A DNA stretch of 63,971 nt, the filler included, from Mitosporidium daphniae (Eukaryota): NCBI RefSeq assembly GCF_000760515.2. It is 9 parts of 9 records of this genome, joined end to end, with 100 filler letters (N's around TTAATTAATTAA, not from the genome) between each part and the next. Parts side by side here need not be neighbours in the genome. Positions count along the whole stretch, not along the records: positions 7,612 to 14,913 come from NW_013546653.1; positions 15,014 to 22,304 come from NW_013546652.1; positions 22,405 to 29,665 come from NW_013546651.1; 6 more parts are not named here. One strand, written 5' to 3'. Made by a program: the position numbers and the translations under genes. The notes beneath the pieces are model-generated. The model did no database searches, had not been told where the DNA came from, and was given only the letters and a program-made list of their open reading frames with translations. Below, in pieces: positions 10,638-22,815 of the stretch (the stretch's first letter is position 1; each line of letters opens with the position of its first letter).

Positions 10638-11298
10638 ATGGCATGTCATAACGTACCAGCATCGTCCGCAGAATGTGCACCCACGCTACAAGGTAATTTA
10701 CACATTTGCTTATAAGTCTGCAGTTCTTAAACCAGCGCCAGATTTCTCTGCAACTGCTCTTATTGATGGAAAATTTGCTCCTGTAAAACTGAGTGATTTC
10801 AAAGGAAAATACCTTGTGCTCGTTTTCTACCCACTTAATTTTACATTCGTTTGCCCCACAGAAATTATTGCATTTAATGAGAGGATTAAAGAGTTTTCTG
10901 CTCTTGGCGCCCAAGTAGCCGTTGTCTCGGTTGACAGCATTTACTCTCACCTTTCCTGGGTCAATATGCCAAGATCTCAGGGTGGATTGGGAACCATAGA
11001 TATTCCAATGATCTCAGACCTTAAAAAGTGCATCTCCCGTAAATACGGAGTTTTACTAGAGGAAGAAGGCCACTCTACGCGTGGTACGTTTATCATCGAT
11101 CCCACTGGAATTCTTCGCCATTATTCTGTTAATGAGCCAGCTGTTGGACGTTCAGTTGATGAGACTCTTCGTTTGCTAAAGGCCATACAGTTTACAGCAA
11201 AGCATGGAGAGGTGTGCCCTGTCGATTGGAAAGAAGGTGAAAAGACTATCAAAGCTGATCCCAAAAAGTGCAAGGAATACTTTGCCGATAAATACTAG
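10638..11298 (+). CDS. Typical 2-Cys peroxiredoxin; probable 31-nt intron near the 5' end
   Basis: [39 protein letters not shown]. Confidence 0.95.
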
Positions 11299-11442
11299 GG
11301 TTATCAATTAAGGATTAAATCTCAATTTAAAATGGTAAAATGCGTCCAGAATATTCTGGAAAATGGGTTTGTGATTTTACATTTTGCACAAAGCTATAAA
11401 AATCAGGGCTATTAAAATTTTCTTTACACAACAAGCGAAAAG

Positions 11443-12843
11443 ATGGGAAAAGAAAAGACTCACATTAATGTCGTCGTCATCGGTCATGTAGACTCTGGAA
11501 AATCTACCACAACTGGTCATCTGATCTTCAAATGCGGAGGCATCGACAAGCGTGCTATTGAAAAGTTCGAAAAGGAAGCCAACGAAATGGGAAAAGGATC
11601 CTTCAAATACGCCTGGGTTTTGGACAAGCTCAAGGCTGAGCGTGAACGTGGTATCACCATCGATATTGCTCTTTGGAAGTTTGATACCCCCAAATATAAC
11701 GTTACTGTCATCGATGCTCCCGGACATCGCGACTTTATCAAGAATATGATCACTGGTACCTCTCAGGCAGATTGCGCCATTCTCATCATTGCCTCTGGTC
11801 CTGGTGAGTTTGAGGCTGGTATTTCAAAAGACGGACAGACAAACGAGCATGCTCTTCTTGCCTATACCCTCGGCGTTAAACAGATGGTTGTTGCAATCAA
11901 CAAAATGGACACTTGCGACTGGTCTGAGAGCCGTTTCAATGAAATCAAAGGAGAAGTGGGCAAGTTTATCAAGAAAGTCGGCTACAATCCTGAATCTATT
12001 GCTATGGTTCCCATCTCTGGATGGCACGGTGATAATATGATGGAAAAATCTACTAAAATGCCCTGGTACCAAGGATTCCAAGTGCAACGCCTTGTTCCCG
12101 GAACCAAAGAGTCGGTCACAAAGAAAGGAGTCACTCTTCTCGATGCTATCGATTGCATTGATCCACCAAGCCGTCCAACTGAGAAGCCACTTCGTCTTCC
12201 TCTTCAAGATGTCTACAAAATCGGAGGTATCGGAACTGTTCCAGTCGGTCGTGTTGAAACAGGTATCATCAGACCCGGTATGGTTGTCAGCTTTGCTCCA
12301 TCTGGTGTCTCTACCGAAGTTAAGTCGGTTGAAATGCACCATGAATCTCTTACTGAGGGTCTCCCTGGAGACAATGTTGGCTTCAACGTCAAGAACGTTA
12401 CTGTCAAAGATATTAGACGTGGAAATGTTGCCTCTGATTCAAAGAATGATCCCGCTAGAGAATCTGCTTCCTTTACTGCCCAAGTCATCATTATGAATCA
12501 TCCTGGTGAAATTGTTGCTGGATACACCCCAGTGCTTGACTGTCACACCGCCCATATTGCTTGCAAGTTTGTTGAGCTGAATGATAAGCTTGACCGTCGC
12601 ACTGGAAAGAGTGTTGAGATCAACCCCAAGTCTGTCAAGTCTGGTGACGCCGCTATTGTCAAGCTTGTCCCAACTAAGCCAATGTGTGTCGAGTCATTCA
12701 CTGAATACCCGCCCCTTGGTCGTTTTGCTGTTCGTGATATGAAGCAAACTGTCGCAGTTGGTGTTGTCAAAGCTGTTGAAAAGACCGATCCTAAGAAGCC
12801 CGGTGCTGCTGGAAAGGCCGCCGCTCCTGCCAAGAAGAAGTAA
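11443..12843 (+). CDS. TEF1: Translation elongation factor eEF1A (intronless)
   Basis: [57 protein letters not shown]; carries the opisthokont-type insertion. Confidence 0.99.
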   Translation: MGKEKTHINVVVIGHVDSGKSTTTGHLIFKCGGIDKRAIEKFEKEANEMGKGSFKYAWVLDKLKAERERGITIDIALWKFDTPKYNVTVIDAPGHRDFIKNMITGTSQADCAILIIASGPGEFEAGISKDGQTNEHALLAYTLGVKQMVVAINKMDTCDWSESRFNEIKGEVGKFIKKVGYNPESIAMVPISGWHGDNMMEKSTKMPWYQGFQVQRLVPGTKESVTKKGVTLLDAIDCIDPPSRPTEKPLRLPLQDVYKIGGIGTVPVGRVETGIIRPGMVVSFAPSGVSTEVKSVEMHHESLTEGLPGDNVGFNVKNVTVKDIRRGNVASDSKNDPARESASFTAQVIIMNHPGEIVAGYTPVLDCHTAHIACKFVELNDKLDRRTGKSVEINPKSVKSGDAAIVKLVPTKPMCVESFTEYPPLGRFAVRDMKQTVAVGVVKAVEKTDPKKPGAAGKAAAPAKKK

Positions 12844-15013
12844 AATAAACGGCTAATCTATTAAATCAGTCTAGAGTTTTAATTATTTGTGTTTCCCCCA
12901 CCTCTTGGTCATGTGTGTTAAACAGCTTCATGCAAAACGATGAACTTAAACCGCAGGTGGCAATAGCCTTTGATGGAAACCCAGCACATAGTGAAAGATT
13001 CTCAAAGGTAAATTTTGAGAAATAGGTACAGAACATAAAAAGAAGTTGTCGGCACAATTTATGCTTCGATTCTCAACAGGCTGTTAAAAACAGAAAGAAA
13101 ATGTTCTGCTTTTCTGTGGACGTGCTACTCTAAGCAATCCAATATTAGTGAATCGAGAATAGCTAAAGAAGGGCCCACTGATCCTCTTATAAACATATGT
13201 TGGAAACATAATAACGACCAGAAAGTGTCCAACTGAAATATTCAAAGAATGAATAATCGCAAATTAGTATAACAGAAAAAATAATAGTCTTAGAGAAAAT
13301 TCTAAAGCAGAGGCTTGTTAAGAAAAGATTTAAGCTAGAAAGGATATAGGAAGTCGATATCAAGATAAAACACAAGCACAATTGCAGGACATGGAGGTCA
13401 ATGGATAATTTAGTAGATGGATTCTCTATAAATACTTTAAGCAGAGTTATTGCAACACTTACAAAACCACAATCCATTAAGAGAAGATGGCGTTTCACAA
13501 ATTGCAAAAATCTAGTAAAATATCATTCGGAAGTTTCAAAATAACTTATCGTGCAAGCTAGAAAAAACACGACGATCCATGCAAGAAAAGAACACAGCTT
13601 TTATGAAGGATGCAAAACTCTTTCCATAATGCTACCCTTTGCAAAGGCTCCAACAGGCTCTACAGGCCAACTTTAAACCATATATATAAAGGAGATAAAC
13701 TCATCCCAAGATTTATTATTTCTTTGAGTCACTACATCTTAAGAATATATTTCTTTTTTAGAAAAGAATAAACGAAAGCTCAAGCTGACTCTCATAATCT
13801 CTAACTCTACATTTCAGCGTTTTAAATGCCAAAATCTATGTCTTTTGACGAGAAAAAATTGATTTATTTTCAGCTGAATATGCATATAGCCCCACCGTAA
13901 TCCTAAAATGTGATTTAACTCGATTTTTAATTTGATTGTCAAATAAACATCTTTTTTAACCAAATTAGCGTGAATATCTAAATCAATTTCACTAAAATAC
14001 CGTTTTAATTACTTTTTCTTTAATCGTTTATAGAATATTATACCATAAAATTGTCTGCCAAACCGGTGTAAAGGTTATTTCAGAGTTGGAGACAACTGAT
14101 ATGAACATTCTAGTGTCATAAATTGGAAGAGCGCCAAGGGTCTTGTCATGGGATACACAAAAATATTATTTCGAGCTGTTGGAATGCTTTTCAAATGCAA
14201 ATTTGAAGCCCAGAAATAAGAGCAAAAAGTTTATTAATGATTGTTTGTAGATGTTTATTTAGCAAAGAAAAAATGGAAAATCTATCGAAAGTTCTCCTCG
14301 AAGCATTAAGAGATGCATATTATAAATTATAATTGATTCATTCCGACTATCCAGAAGAATCATGCCTTAGACTTTCCAATTAAAATTAATATAGTTTGTT
14401 ATGACTAAGGGGGCTATTTGATAAGAGGTACCAACCTTAAACTATAAATGGAAAATAATTGAATAAAAATCACAATATAATAATTGGGTTTCTTTGAATA
14501 TAGTCGTTTTCTTTTCAACCAACCAATTAGCCATGGCATGAATGATATGCGCAAATCGGTCTTTCCTATCCAAATGGTTGTGAGGGCAAATTATTGTCCG
14601 TTGGGTTGCAAAATTTCGGCCCATTGTCTGATTGTACGCACACATGTGCCTAGTAAACAATGACTAGATTTTTTGAGTTCTGCAAGGTTAATGGCCAGAC
14701 GTCTGAATGTCCCATTTGCGGTTAGCGGAGTTAGTCGATCGTATTTTCTCTGTACGATGCTGCAGTTAGCCATATTCTGCATGTTGGACACGTTAGACAC
14801 GTTAGCCATATTGTACATGTTGGACATTTGCGGATGCATCGACTCGCCTTTTCCAGTGCGCGTCTGCAAGTGCCACGTCCGCTTTGAATGTTGGACCAGT
14901 GTTTTTGCTGCAANNNNNNNNNNNNNNNNNNNNNNNNNNNNNNNNNNNNNNNNNNNNTTAATTAATTAANNNNNNNNNNNNNNNNNNNNNNNNNNNNNNN
15001 NNNNNNNNNNNNN

Positions 15014-15140
15014 CTAATAGAGGAGTGCCTTCTGAATTCGAGGATTCAAAATAAAGCTGAGCTCGAGTCATGCCATTAAGAGGAAGGCCATTGAAAACAG
15101 GAAGAAATACAAGTGCGGTTAAAGCTATCAAAATCTTCAT
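15014..15140 (-). CDS. N-terminus of a putative secreted protein (cut by contig edge)
   Basis: MKILIALTALVFLPVFNGLP resembles a signal peptide; the ORF runs into the spacer. Confidence 0.4.
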
Positions 15141-15375
15141 TTGCAAGCTGTGATACCATATTTGAGTTGGTTATAAGTTCAAGAGAAAATGATAAGAAAC
15201 ATTCACATGGCAACGTATCGTTGCCATAACATTAGTAAAGATCTCAAATTTATTGGACAAATCCGACACTCCAGCTAGCACCTGATATTTGAAATTTGGA
15301 TCTATTTTGCAGTAATTTACCCCTAAATTTAAATGCGAAATTTAAAAACCCACTCAAAAACAGGTTTTTTAGCTG

Positions 15376-17100
15376 ATGTATAGAATTTCTTTGAAAAAGC
15401 TACACCATGCAAAGTTCACAATCAATATGCGATTTCCTCATACAAATGCCTTATTTTATACATCTTCAAGTCGATTAAAAATTTTAGATTCTATTTCAGT
15501 TGAAAAGTTTTTTTCTATTCCACACCAAAATAACTTATCTGAAAATGAAAATAAAAATAAAAATGATGAGGATGAGGATGAGGATGAGGATGAAAATGAA
15601 ACGCCTGATTCTTACCTCGGGTTTGATCGCTCGCCTGAGGCAAAATATGGCCATTTAAAAATTGGGATGGTCATATTTCCGGAATTTATTAGAGAGCAGC
15701 TTCGTCTTGCGCACAAAAACAATCCCTATAAATATTTATTCAATAAGGATGTAGCTCGAATAAATGCCATTGCTCAGGCTGCGAACCAAATCTTACCACC
15801 TTCACCAGATTTTCGGGATAATCGGATTTTGTCTCCGTGCTCTAAAAGATTGGCGGATGGTTTGTGTTCTTTTTATCATTTTTAGTCGACTTTTCTCATT
15901 TATCCCGCGAATATAATGAACGAGATGCATTGGCATACGCTACCGTGCAGTCACCATTAACATATGCTCCGATTTTTCGTGTATTTTCTGAGCTCACCAG
16001 ACGATTCCCCGATTGGGCTCCATCCTCAGTTCTTGATTTCGGGTGTGGCCCCGGAACGGCGCTCTGGGCAGCCAAGGCTATTTGGGGAAATAGATTAGGG
16101 ACATGTACAGGAGTAGATCTTTCAGAGGCTATGATTGATTTTGCAGACAAGATAACATCAAAGCTTGGTGGCGGTAAGATATCTTCCTTAATTTAAGAAC
16201 ACGCTATTGAGGCAATTTATAGGAGATATTTACACTTTCATAATGAAAAGGGGCAGTTTTATGAAATGGTTATCGCCTCTTTTGTGCTTAATGAGCTTGA
16301 CTCGGTTCCCACGAAAGAGGGTGACCGCCCAGTCTTGGAACTTACACTGAACAACCTCTGGAAGTCCACAAATTCCTTTCTAGTGCTTGTTGAAAGAGGC
16401 TCGCCGTTAGGATCAAAGCTGATCATTCAGGCTAGAGATCACATTCTCGCAAAAGGAAATGCACAAGTAGTTGCCCCTTGTCCACATTCTGGAACCTGCC
16501 CAATGCTGGGTAGTTGGTGCCATTTTTCGCAACGTTCACAACTCCCTCGAGAAATGATGGATAGCATGAAGTTCAAACGGAATATCACAGATTGCCGATT
16601 TTCTTATGTAGTTCTTCAAAAAAAAAGCAAAGATGGGCCTCCCCTTCAAGAGTCCCGTCCGCAAAATTGGCCCCGAATAATAGTAGGGCCAAATAAGCTC
16701 AAAAAGAGGGTTGTTTTAGATCTATGTACGCCAGAAGGTAGCTTTTTGTTTTAATAGCCTCGTAGGCACCCTGCAAAGACATCAAATCCCAAAAAGCTGT
16801 GGGCGGGAACAATATTACGATGCCCGGAAAAGTCAACTTGGCGATCTTTGGCCCTACCATCCGCCTACGCTAAAGCCTCATATTCATTATGATTTTGGAA
16901 GAGCTGGAAGAGTACGGACAGACCAAAATAGGCACTTTTCGCTGAACGATCAAAATGCAACAAACCAAAACATAAACAATAATTTCGCTGGCCCTCCTGC
17001 AGATAAGAAGGGCATCGACGGTTATCAAGAACATGTATCTGTGAGATTTCAAAATGAGGAGAGAGGGCCTGACCTTGACTTTGATGGAAACTCCGTCTAA
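15376..17100 (+). CDS. RSM22: Rsm22/METTL17 mitoribosome small-subunit methyltransferase-like protein, multi-exon
   Basis: VLDFGCGPGTALWA, LVLVERGSPLG, VVAPCPHSGTCPM..WCHFSQR, WPRII, VVLDLCTPEG, YYDARKSQLGDLWP. Confidence 0.9.
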
Positions 17101-17155
17101 TGGTTTTCAGCTCTTTGTTCATGAATTATAAATTAAAAATTGCACAAACTAGCCT

Positions 17156-18541
17156 CTAAGTGTCAAGATATCTTTCTATGGCCGCAGTTACAATGACGCA
17201 CAGAAAAGATGAAAAGATCTTGGGAATCCATCCTTTATATCCAAAGATTTGGCAGGTGAGCCAAGAGAGAATAAATGCAACTAGTATACATTTGTTATAT
17301 GTTTCAAATGATGCTTGCAAACCGAGCCGTTTTTGAAATAGAAAATAAACGTTCACATCGATTATTGTCATTTGAAGAGTAGCATGCAATGTTCCAATCG
17401 AATGAAATTGTAAATCTTGCAGATATGTCTCGGACGCTTGTATGTCATCGATCCATAGAAAAAAAGACATAAGGTTTGCGATAATGAAAAGCGTATCCAT
17501 AAAGGTCAAACTAAGCTTAAAAGCCGACGCAAAGCTTTTCTTATCTGTCTCTTTGGAATGATTACCGGAATTTGAATGAGTATCGGCATTTGAATGAGTA
17601 TCGGCATTGGAATTAGTATCGGCATTTGAATGAGTATCGGCATTTGAATGAGCATCGGCATTTGAATTCGTCAAGTTAGAAATAATATTATTTCCGGCGC
17701 TGCTGGTGTTGCTGGTGTTTATGCTATTGCTGGTACTTGGTTTAGTAATGGTACTATTAACCCCGTCAGGAAAATCCCGGCTTCTCGGATATGAAATCCA
17801 GACTAAATCGCAAAAAACGATTCCAATTATAAAACTATTCAATATACGACAAGAAGTCTTAGTCAAAGAGACCGGAACAAATGGAAACAGCTGAATCTTT
17901 GGGTTAATTTTCTTGAAATCTGCTGGATAGTTCGGAAGACTGAGATTAACGAAATAGCTGAGGCATTCTTTGATAATGATGAAAATCAATAAAACCAGCT
18001 CTAACACCAAATGTACCGGGGCCCAGAGGATCCATTTGATGTACCTGAAAATCAAAATGAGATACTCAATAGGCCACCATAGCCTATAAGTAGAGAGCTT
18101 GGCAATTTTATGTGCGGGCACAGAAAGTGGGGAAAAATATCTATTCAAAAAACTAGGAAGAAGACCAAAATTGCCCAGTTTAAAAAATAACGAAGGATAA
18201 AAAAAGAAAAGGCCTCCTGCCAGCAAAGCAAGCCCGATCGGGAATATGTAATTTTTCTGAACAGATATTAACAAGAGGGGACTTTTATCTAAACGAGTTG
18301 ATTCAACGTCTAATTTTAGCGTGCTATTTGCAGGTATGCTCAAAACTTCGTGACTGGACTCCAAATCTAGAATTTTATGACCATCAATGATGTGGGTATC
18401 TTCAAATTCAAAATACGAAAAAAATTCTTCATACAGTATTTCATAATATAATAAGATAAAACATATAACTAAAACGCTTAAAAAAAGGACTACATAAAAG
18501 ATAAGCATGGATAGGCTTAGCACAGGTAATTGATACGACAA
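17156..18541 (-). CDS. Hypothetical multi-pass membrane protein with internal hexapeptide repeat (start uncertain)
   Basis: 461-aa ORF with several hydrophobic segments; no family recognised. Confidence 0.55.
   Translation of the reverse strand: MSYQLPVLSLSMLIFYVVLFLSVLVICFILLYYEILYEEFFSYFEFEDTHIIDGHKILDLESSHEVLSIPANSTLKLDVESTRLDKSPLLLISVQKNYIFPIGLALLAGGLFFFYPSLFFKLGNFGLLPSFLNRYFSPLSVPAHKIAKLSTYRLWWPIEYLILIFRYIKWILWAPVHLVLELVLLIFIIIKECLSYFVNLSLPNYPADFKKINPKIQLFPFVPVSLTKTSCRILNSFIIGIVFCDLVWISYPRSRDFPDGVNSTITKPSTSNSINTSNTSSAGNNIISNLTNSNADAHSNADTHSNADTNSNADTHSNADTHSNSGNHSKETDKKSFASAFKLSLTFMDTLFIIANLMSFFLWIDDIQASETYLQDLQFHSIGTLHATLQMTIIDVNVYFLFQKRLGLQASFETYNKCILVAFILSWLTCQIFGYKGWIPKIFSSFLCVIVTAAIERYLDT
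17571..17667. repeat. 18-bp coding tandem repeat x5 (ADTHSN)
   Basis: TTTGAATGAGTATCGGCA units on the + strand. Confidence 0.92.
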
Positions 18542-18797
18542 AATCTGTGATAAATTAATCCAGAATGCCCATTGGTGGCATAGCGTGCCAATTAATGCAA
18601 GCTTAATATTGGAAGAAATTAAATTGTGATAGCTTCAAAAGGCATCAACTTTTCTCAAAGATTGGCCAGAAGCTTATCTGATATCGTGAAAAGGATACCA
18701 CAGTAGAGGTTGTTATGCTCGGTATAATGAATGAATTAAACCCAAAGATAAGTGCAAACTCAAATATAAAATTACATAGCAAACATTAATATTGGGG

Positions 18798-21700
18798 TCA
18801 GCTTGTCAGAGCTGGTAAATTTAGCTGTCGATTAAGCTTTTCAATCGCAAGTTCCAAGATCTGCAGTGTTGAAAGTGGCTTAAGACCCCCATTTATACGT
18901 GGACTTTTGGAGATACTGATCCACAGCTCGCCATATTTGGGTTCGGCCTCACAACATCTCTGCAGCGCGGCACCGGGGGTTGAATTCTCCATGGTATTTG
19001 AATCTGATGGGGCGCTAAGAGATATCAAATTTCGCTCATAAAGCGCTGCGTATGCATGAGCATCACCCAACATTGGGTTCAGTGCTACTGCCCGCTCAAT
19101 CCAAGTTTGCGTCTTTTCGGAGGCGAGGTTTTCTTCCCAAAAAACGCGGGCCAAAGCAAGAGCGACCAACGCATCTTCTGGGCATCGTCGAAGAGCATCT
19201 GCCGCACGAGCCTTGCGCGCAGCTGGAGGTTCTAGGCGGATGGCCTCACTCCAAAGCAAACCGCTGGTAGGCGTTGCTTGAAGACTCTTAGCGAGAAGAG
19301 CTTTGGCTAGAGTTTTGTTTCCCAAAGACTCCTCTAACCGAATTGAAGCTGCCCAAAGAATATCAGAACGAGGAAGAGCAATCCGTCCATGTTCATAGAT
19401 AGCACGAGCTTTTAAAGATGCCCCCTGCCGCTCTTCAAAGGCTCCAGAAGCTATCCACAAAGCCGCAGAAGAGGGGAAAAGGCGAACACCTTCAATCATT
19501 ACTCTTCTAGCTTTCAACAGAAGTTTTTCTCGCTCAATTTTAAATGTTTCTGCTTCTAATTCAAGTGTCTCAGCCAGCATCAGCCAGAGCCTAGGTTCTC
19601 TTTCTATGGTTTTGGATTCTGTAGCCTCTACAAGCAGCAGGGAGGCCCGAGATAAGTCACCTGTGGCTCGTTCAAGTTGAGCACTTTTAATACAAAGGCG
19701 AGAAGAGGTAGGCAATGCTTCGCGGCCCTTACGAAGAATTTCTCGAGCTGTCTCTATTTCACCCTCCCATCGCTCAATTTTTGCTGCAGCAATCCAAAGC
19801 TCTTCACTTTCTACGCAGAATGTGGCTCCCCTCCGCAGTAAAGATCGAGCATTATCTATGGCACCCGTCTTCCACATATCTTTGGCTGCCATCAGCCAGA
19901 AACGTTCAGAGGATGGAACTGCAATAATAGCTCTCATGAGCATCGAGTTTGAAGAAAAATTGGTAATCTTTGCATCATGGACTTTATCCTCAGAAATAAG
20001 CCCTGGATTTTCGAGATTTTCTGGTGGAAAGCTGGTGATAATATTGCTTTTTGAATTTGGAAAGTAGCGCTTTTCCCAACGAACAGCAGCAAGCCAAATA
20101 TTTTCATCTTCTTGGCGCTCTGGGCAGCAGAGGAGAGTTTCTAACAGGGCTCGCCCTGTGGCTACATGCCCCTGAGAGGAGACGCGCTCGACCTGCTCTA
20201 GAATTTCTTCTTCCACACCTTTTTCGGGGCCCCATGTGAGTTCGATCACTGCCATCGCTGTTACACTGGCTCCTGAAAGTTCACATTCAATTGCTGTTTG
20301 AAGCCAACGTTCTAGAGAGAGCACATGCCCACGCCCATGTAACGAAGAGAGCATACGGCCTAGTAAAGTTGACACAATAGCTACGTTTCCGTACTTTACT
20401 TCTTCAATACATGCGGAAGCTATCCATATTTCATGTGAGAGAGGCGAGGCAGCCCTGGCCTTGTTGAGGACGATCCTAGCAGCGTCCTGTGTATCTTGTA
20501 ATTCTGCAAGTCCAATCCAAAACTCAGGGATCGTAGGTAGTGCCTCAGTGGCACCTTCAAGCAGCCGCAGGGTCTCGGATGAAATAAATTCTGCTCCTGC
20601 TGAGACTGAATCAAGAGCTCTGGATGCTTCAATTGTGGCTCGCCACAATTCGAGCGAATCAGGAATAAGCTGAAGAGCCTCTTTGAGTCTCCGAAGTCGG
20701 ACATTTTTGGCATCCAGCGGTGTAGCGGCAATTTGTGCTGCAGCTTCAGAAATACGTAGCCAAAGTCGAGAAGAGTGCGGAATAGCTTTGAGGCCCTCTC
20801 CAAGCACATCAAGCCTCGCTTCAGCGGTGGGTGCCAGTCGTGCTGCCTCGGCCCACAGTTCTTCAGAGCGAAAGCTTGCGGCCAATGCCCGCTTTGCCTC
20901 AACCCGAGCCCCTTCCAGTTCCCCGGCACCTTCTTTCAGGCGTATCAATGAGAGCCATCCAGAAACAGAACTTGGATGGATTTCTACCAGCGATTGCAGC
21001 AGCTGTTTTGCTCTAGCTAGATCTCTGACCTCTGTGGTGGAACGTTGATGCATGCTCATGAGACCTGTCATGTACGCCTCGGTCTCTTGTCCGCTTTTTG
21101 ACATGGAGCCGTTTGCAATTGTATCAATAGTGAGTCCCAGCTGGCGTTCTCTAACAGCCCCTATCATTGAAAAGTTGGGCGAGGTCAAGGACCCATCGAC
21201 CTCCAAATCGCCAGAGGAAGAAGACGAGATGGCTCGCTCCAAAAGAAAATCTGGAGCAGGTGTATATCTTTCCATTCCAAGGGCTCTTGAAGAAGAAGAT
21301 GATGATGATGCGGTGGAGATCGATAACGACTCATCGTCTGTCGACAACTTCGGCCTCCGTTGAGTACGTCCAGCAGCTGTCAAATCACCGACTTCAGGGA
21401 TGTCGGCCCACTGTTGGGCCGAAATCGTCGAAATTGATCTTTTCAAATCTTCAAACTCGTCTCGAATGGAACGAGATGAAGATCGAGTATCCATGTTTTT
21501 CCTTTTCTTTGCATGTCGCTCCTGCATGCGTGTATCTACTGCAGCGTATATTCGATCTGCCTCTGCATCATCTGCATCATACATAGATGTTTGCGCTGTA
21601 GCAAGGAGACCTGCATCAATAGATTCATGATCCGCCATTCCTCCCGAAAGCGCTTGTTCTAAAGGATCTTGAACTGGCGCAATGGCAGGCCCTATGTCAG

Positions 21701-21834
21701 AGCGCGTAACAAATCCAGAAGCTCTAAAGGTGATAAAAGAAACCATACCCTCGTCCAACACCAGCTACGTAACCTACCGGCGCAGGCTTCCCCAGGAAAT
21801 GGTACTTATCCTTCTTCTGGGGCTGGTTCATCAT
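18798..21834 (-). CDS. PRP6: Pre-mRNA splicing factor Prp6; intron 21724-21748
   Basis: Spliced N-terminus FLGKPAPVGYVAGVGRG/ASGFVTRSDIGPA, YDADDAEADRIY, WADIPEVGDL, HAT/TPR repeats, EPKYGELW. Confidence 0.96.
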
Positions 21835-21915
21835 GGTAGATGAAAAATTTATTTAAAAATGAAAACGCTATCAATTTATACAATTTTTAATTGCAAATTG
21901 TCGAGTTTATAGATG

Positions 21916-22268
21916 CTAGACCATAAATGGGGCTGGAAATTTGTGCATAGCGGCTACTAGCTTGTTCATCGCCATCATATCAAGGCTGGTATCACCAAAA
22001 GAATCTAGTACCATTGCTTGCAATGATAAATCTTTTTGGACAAGACCTGTAACACATATGACGGGGCTGGTTGGAAGTACTGTCGTTGGTGTGATATGAA
22101 CCAGGAGTTTACCATTATCGCAGCTTTCTAATTCTATCAAGGAGTTTGAAGAAGGCTATACAAATTTAAGCGATTTTTTACCATTAAGACTCTACCAACC
22201 ACACGCACAACCTGGCCTATGTGCCGGGCAAGCAGAGCATAGTTCAGATATGGAGTAGGGCTGTCCAT
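21916..22268 (-). CDS. RFA3: Replication protein A 14-kDa subunit (RPA3), one intron
   Basis: Exon 1 MDSPTPYLNYALLARHIGQVVRVVGRV; exon 2 ESCDNG...VICVTGLV...FGD..DM..MNKLV..MHKFP. Confidence 0.82.
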
Positions 22269-22404
22269 CGATTAAAATTAGAATTGAAATTAAAATTAGA
22301 ATTANNNNNNNNNNNNNNNNNNNNNNNNNNNNNNNNNNNNNNNNNNNNTTAATTAATTAANNNNNNNNNNNNNNNNNNNNNNNNNNNNNNNNNNNNNNNN
22401 NNNN

Positions 22405-22691
22405 CTATTCAAGTTTACTTTTCCTCCAACTATNTTGTTCACCAAGGTGGATTTTCCTGCATTTGCAGGTCCTAAAATTGCTACCCTCAAGATACGAGGA
22501 TCTTTTGGAAGCTCCATGGGATAAAGATACGGAAGTTTGTCCTCATTAGCTATAAGATTAAGTATGGTCAATATATCAATACTTGGCTGTTTGAAAAGTA
22601 AACTTGAATAGCATCGATGCGACTGAAGCTGACGAAAAGAAATTCTGCTTAAAGAGATGCCCCAAGTAAGGAGTGGTAAAACAAAGGCCAT
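22405..22691 (-). CDS. Era-like GTPase (ERAL1), N-terminus with mitochondrial-type presequence, cut by contig edge
   Basis: PRILRVAILGPANAGKSTLVNxIVGGKV. Confidence 0.75.
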
Positions 22692-22815
22692 TTAAAATAA
22701 AATTTTATTCACAATAAATTCTGGCTAATTAGCGGATGGGGCCAGTCAATCAGCCAATGGGTATTTTGGCAATGTCCTGTGCTTGAGTGTTCCAATTACG
22801 CTGTAATCATAGGCC

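Noticed and set aside
12938..12952. GATGAACTTAAACC shared with ~63803-63816
   Set aside because: Flanks do not align; a lone short match is not enough to call paralogy.
14591..14913. Minus-strand ORF end with 9-bp Asn-Met/Val repeats at a contig edge
   Set aside because: Possibly the C-terminus of a real gene, but too little sequence to assign.
17607..17624. One 18-bp unit resembles the 19-bp minisatellite at 4960
   Set aside because: Only one variant unit matches, periods differ and one is coding; probably chance.
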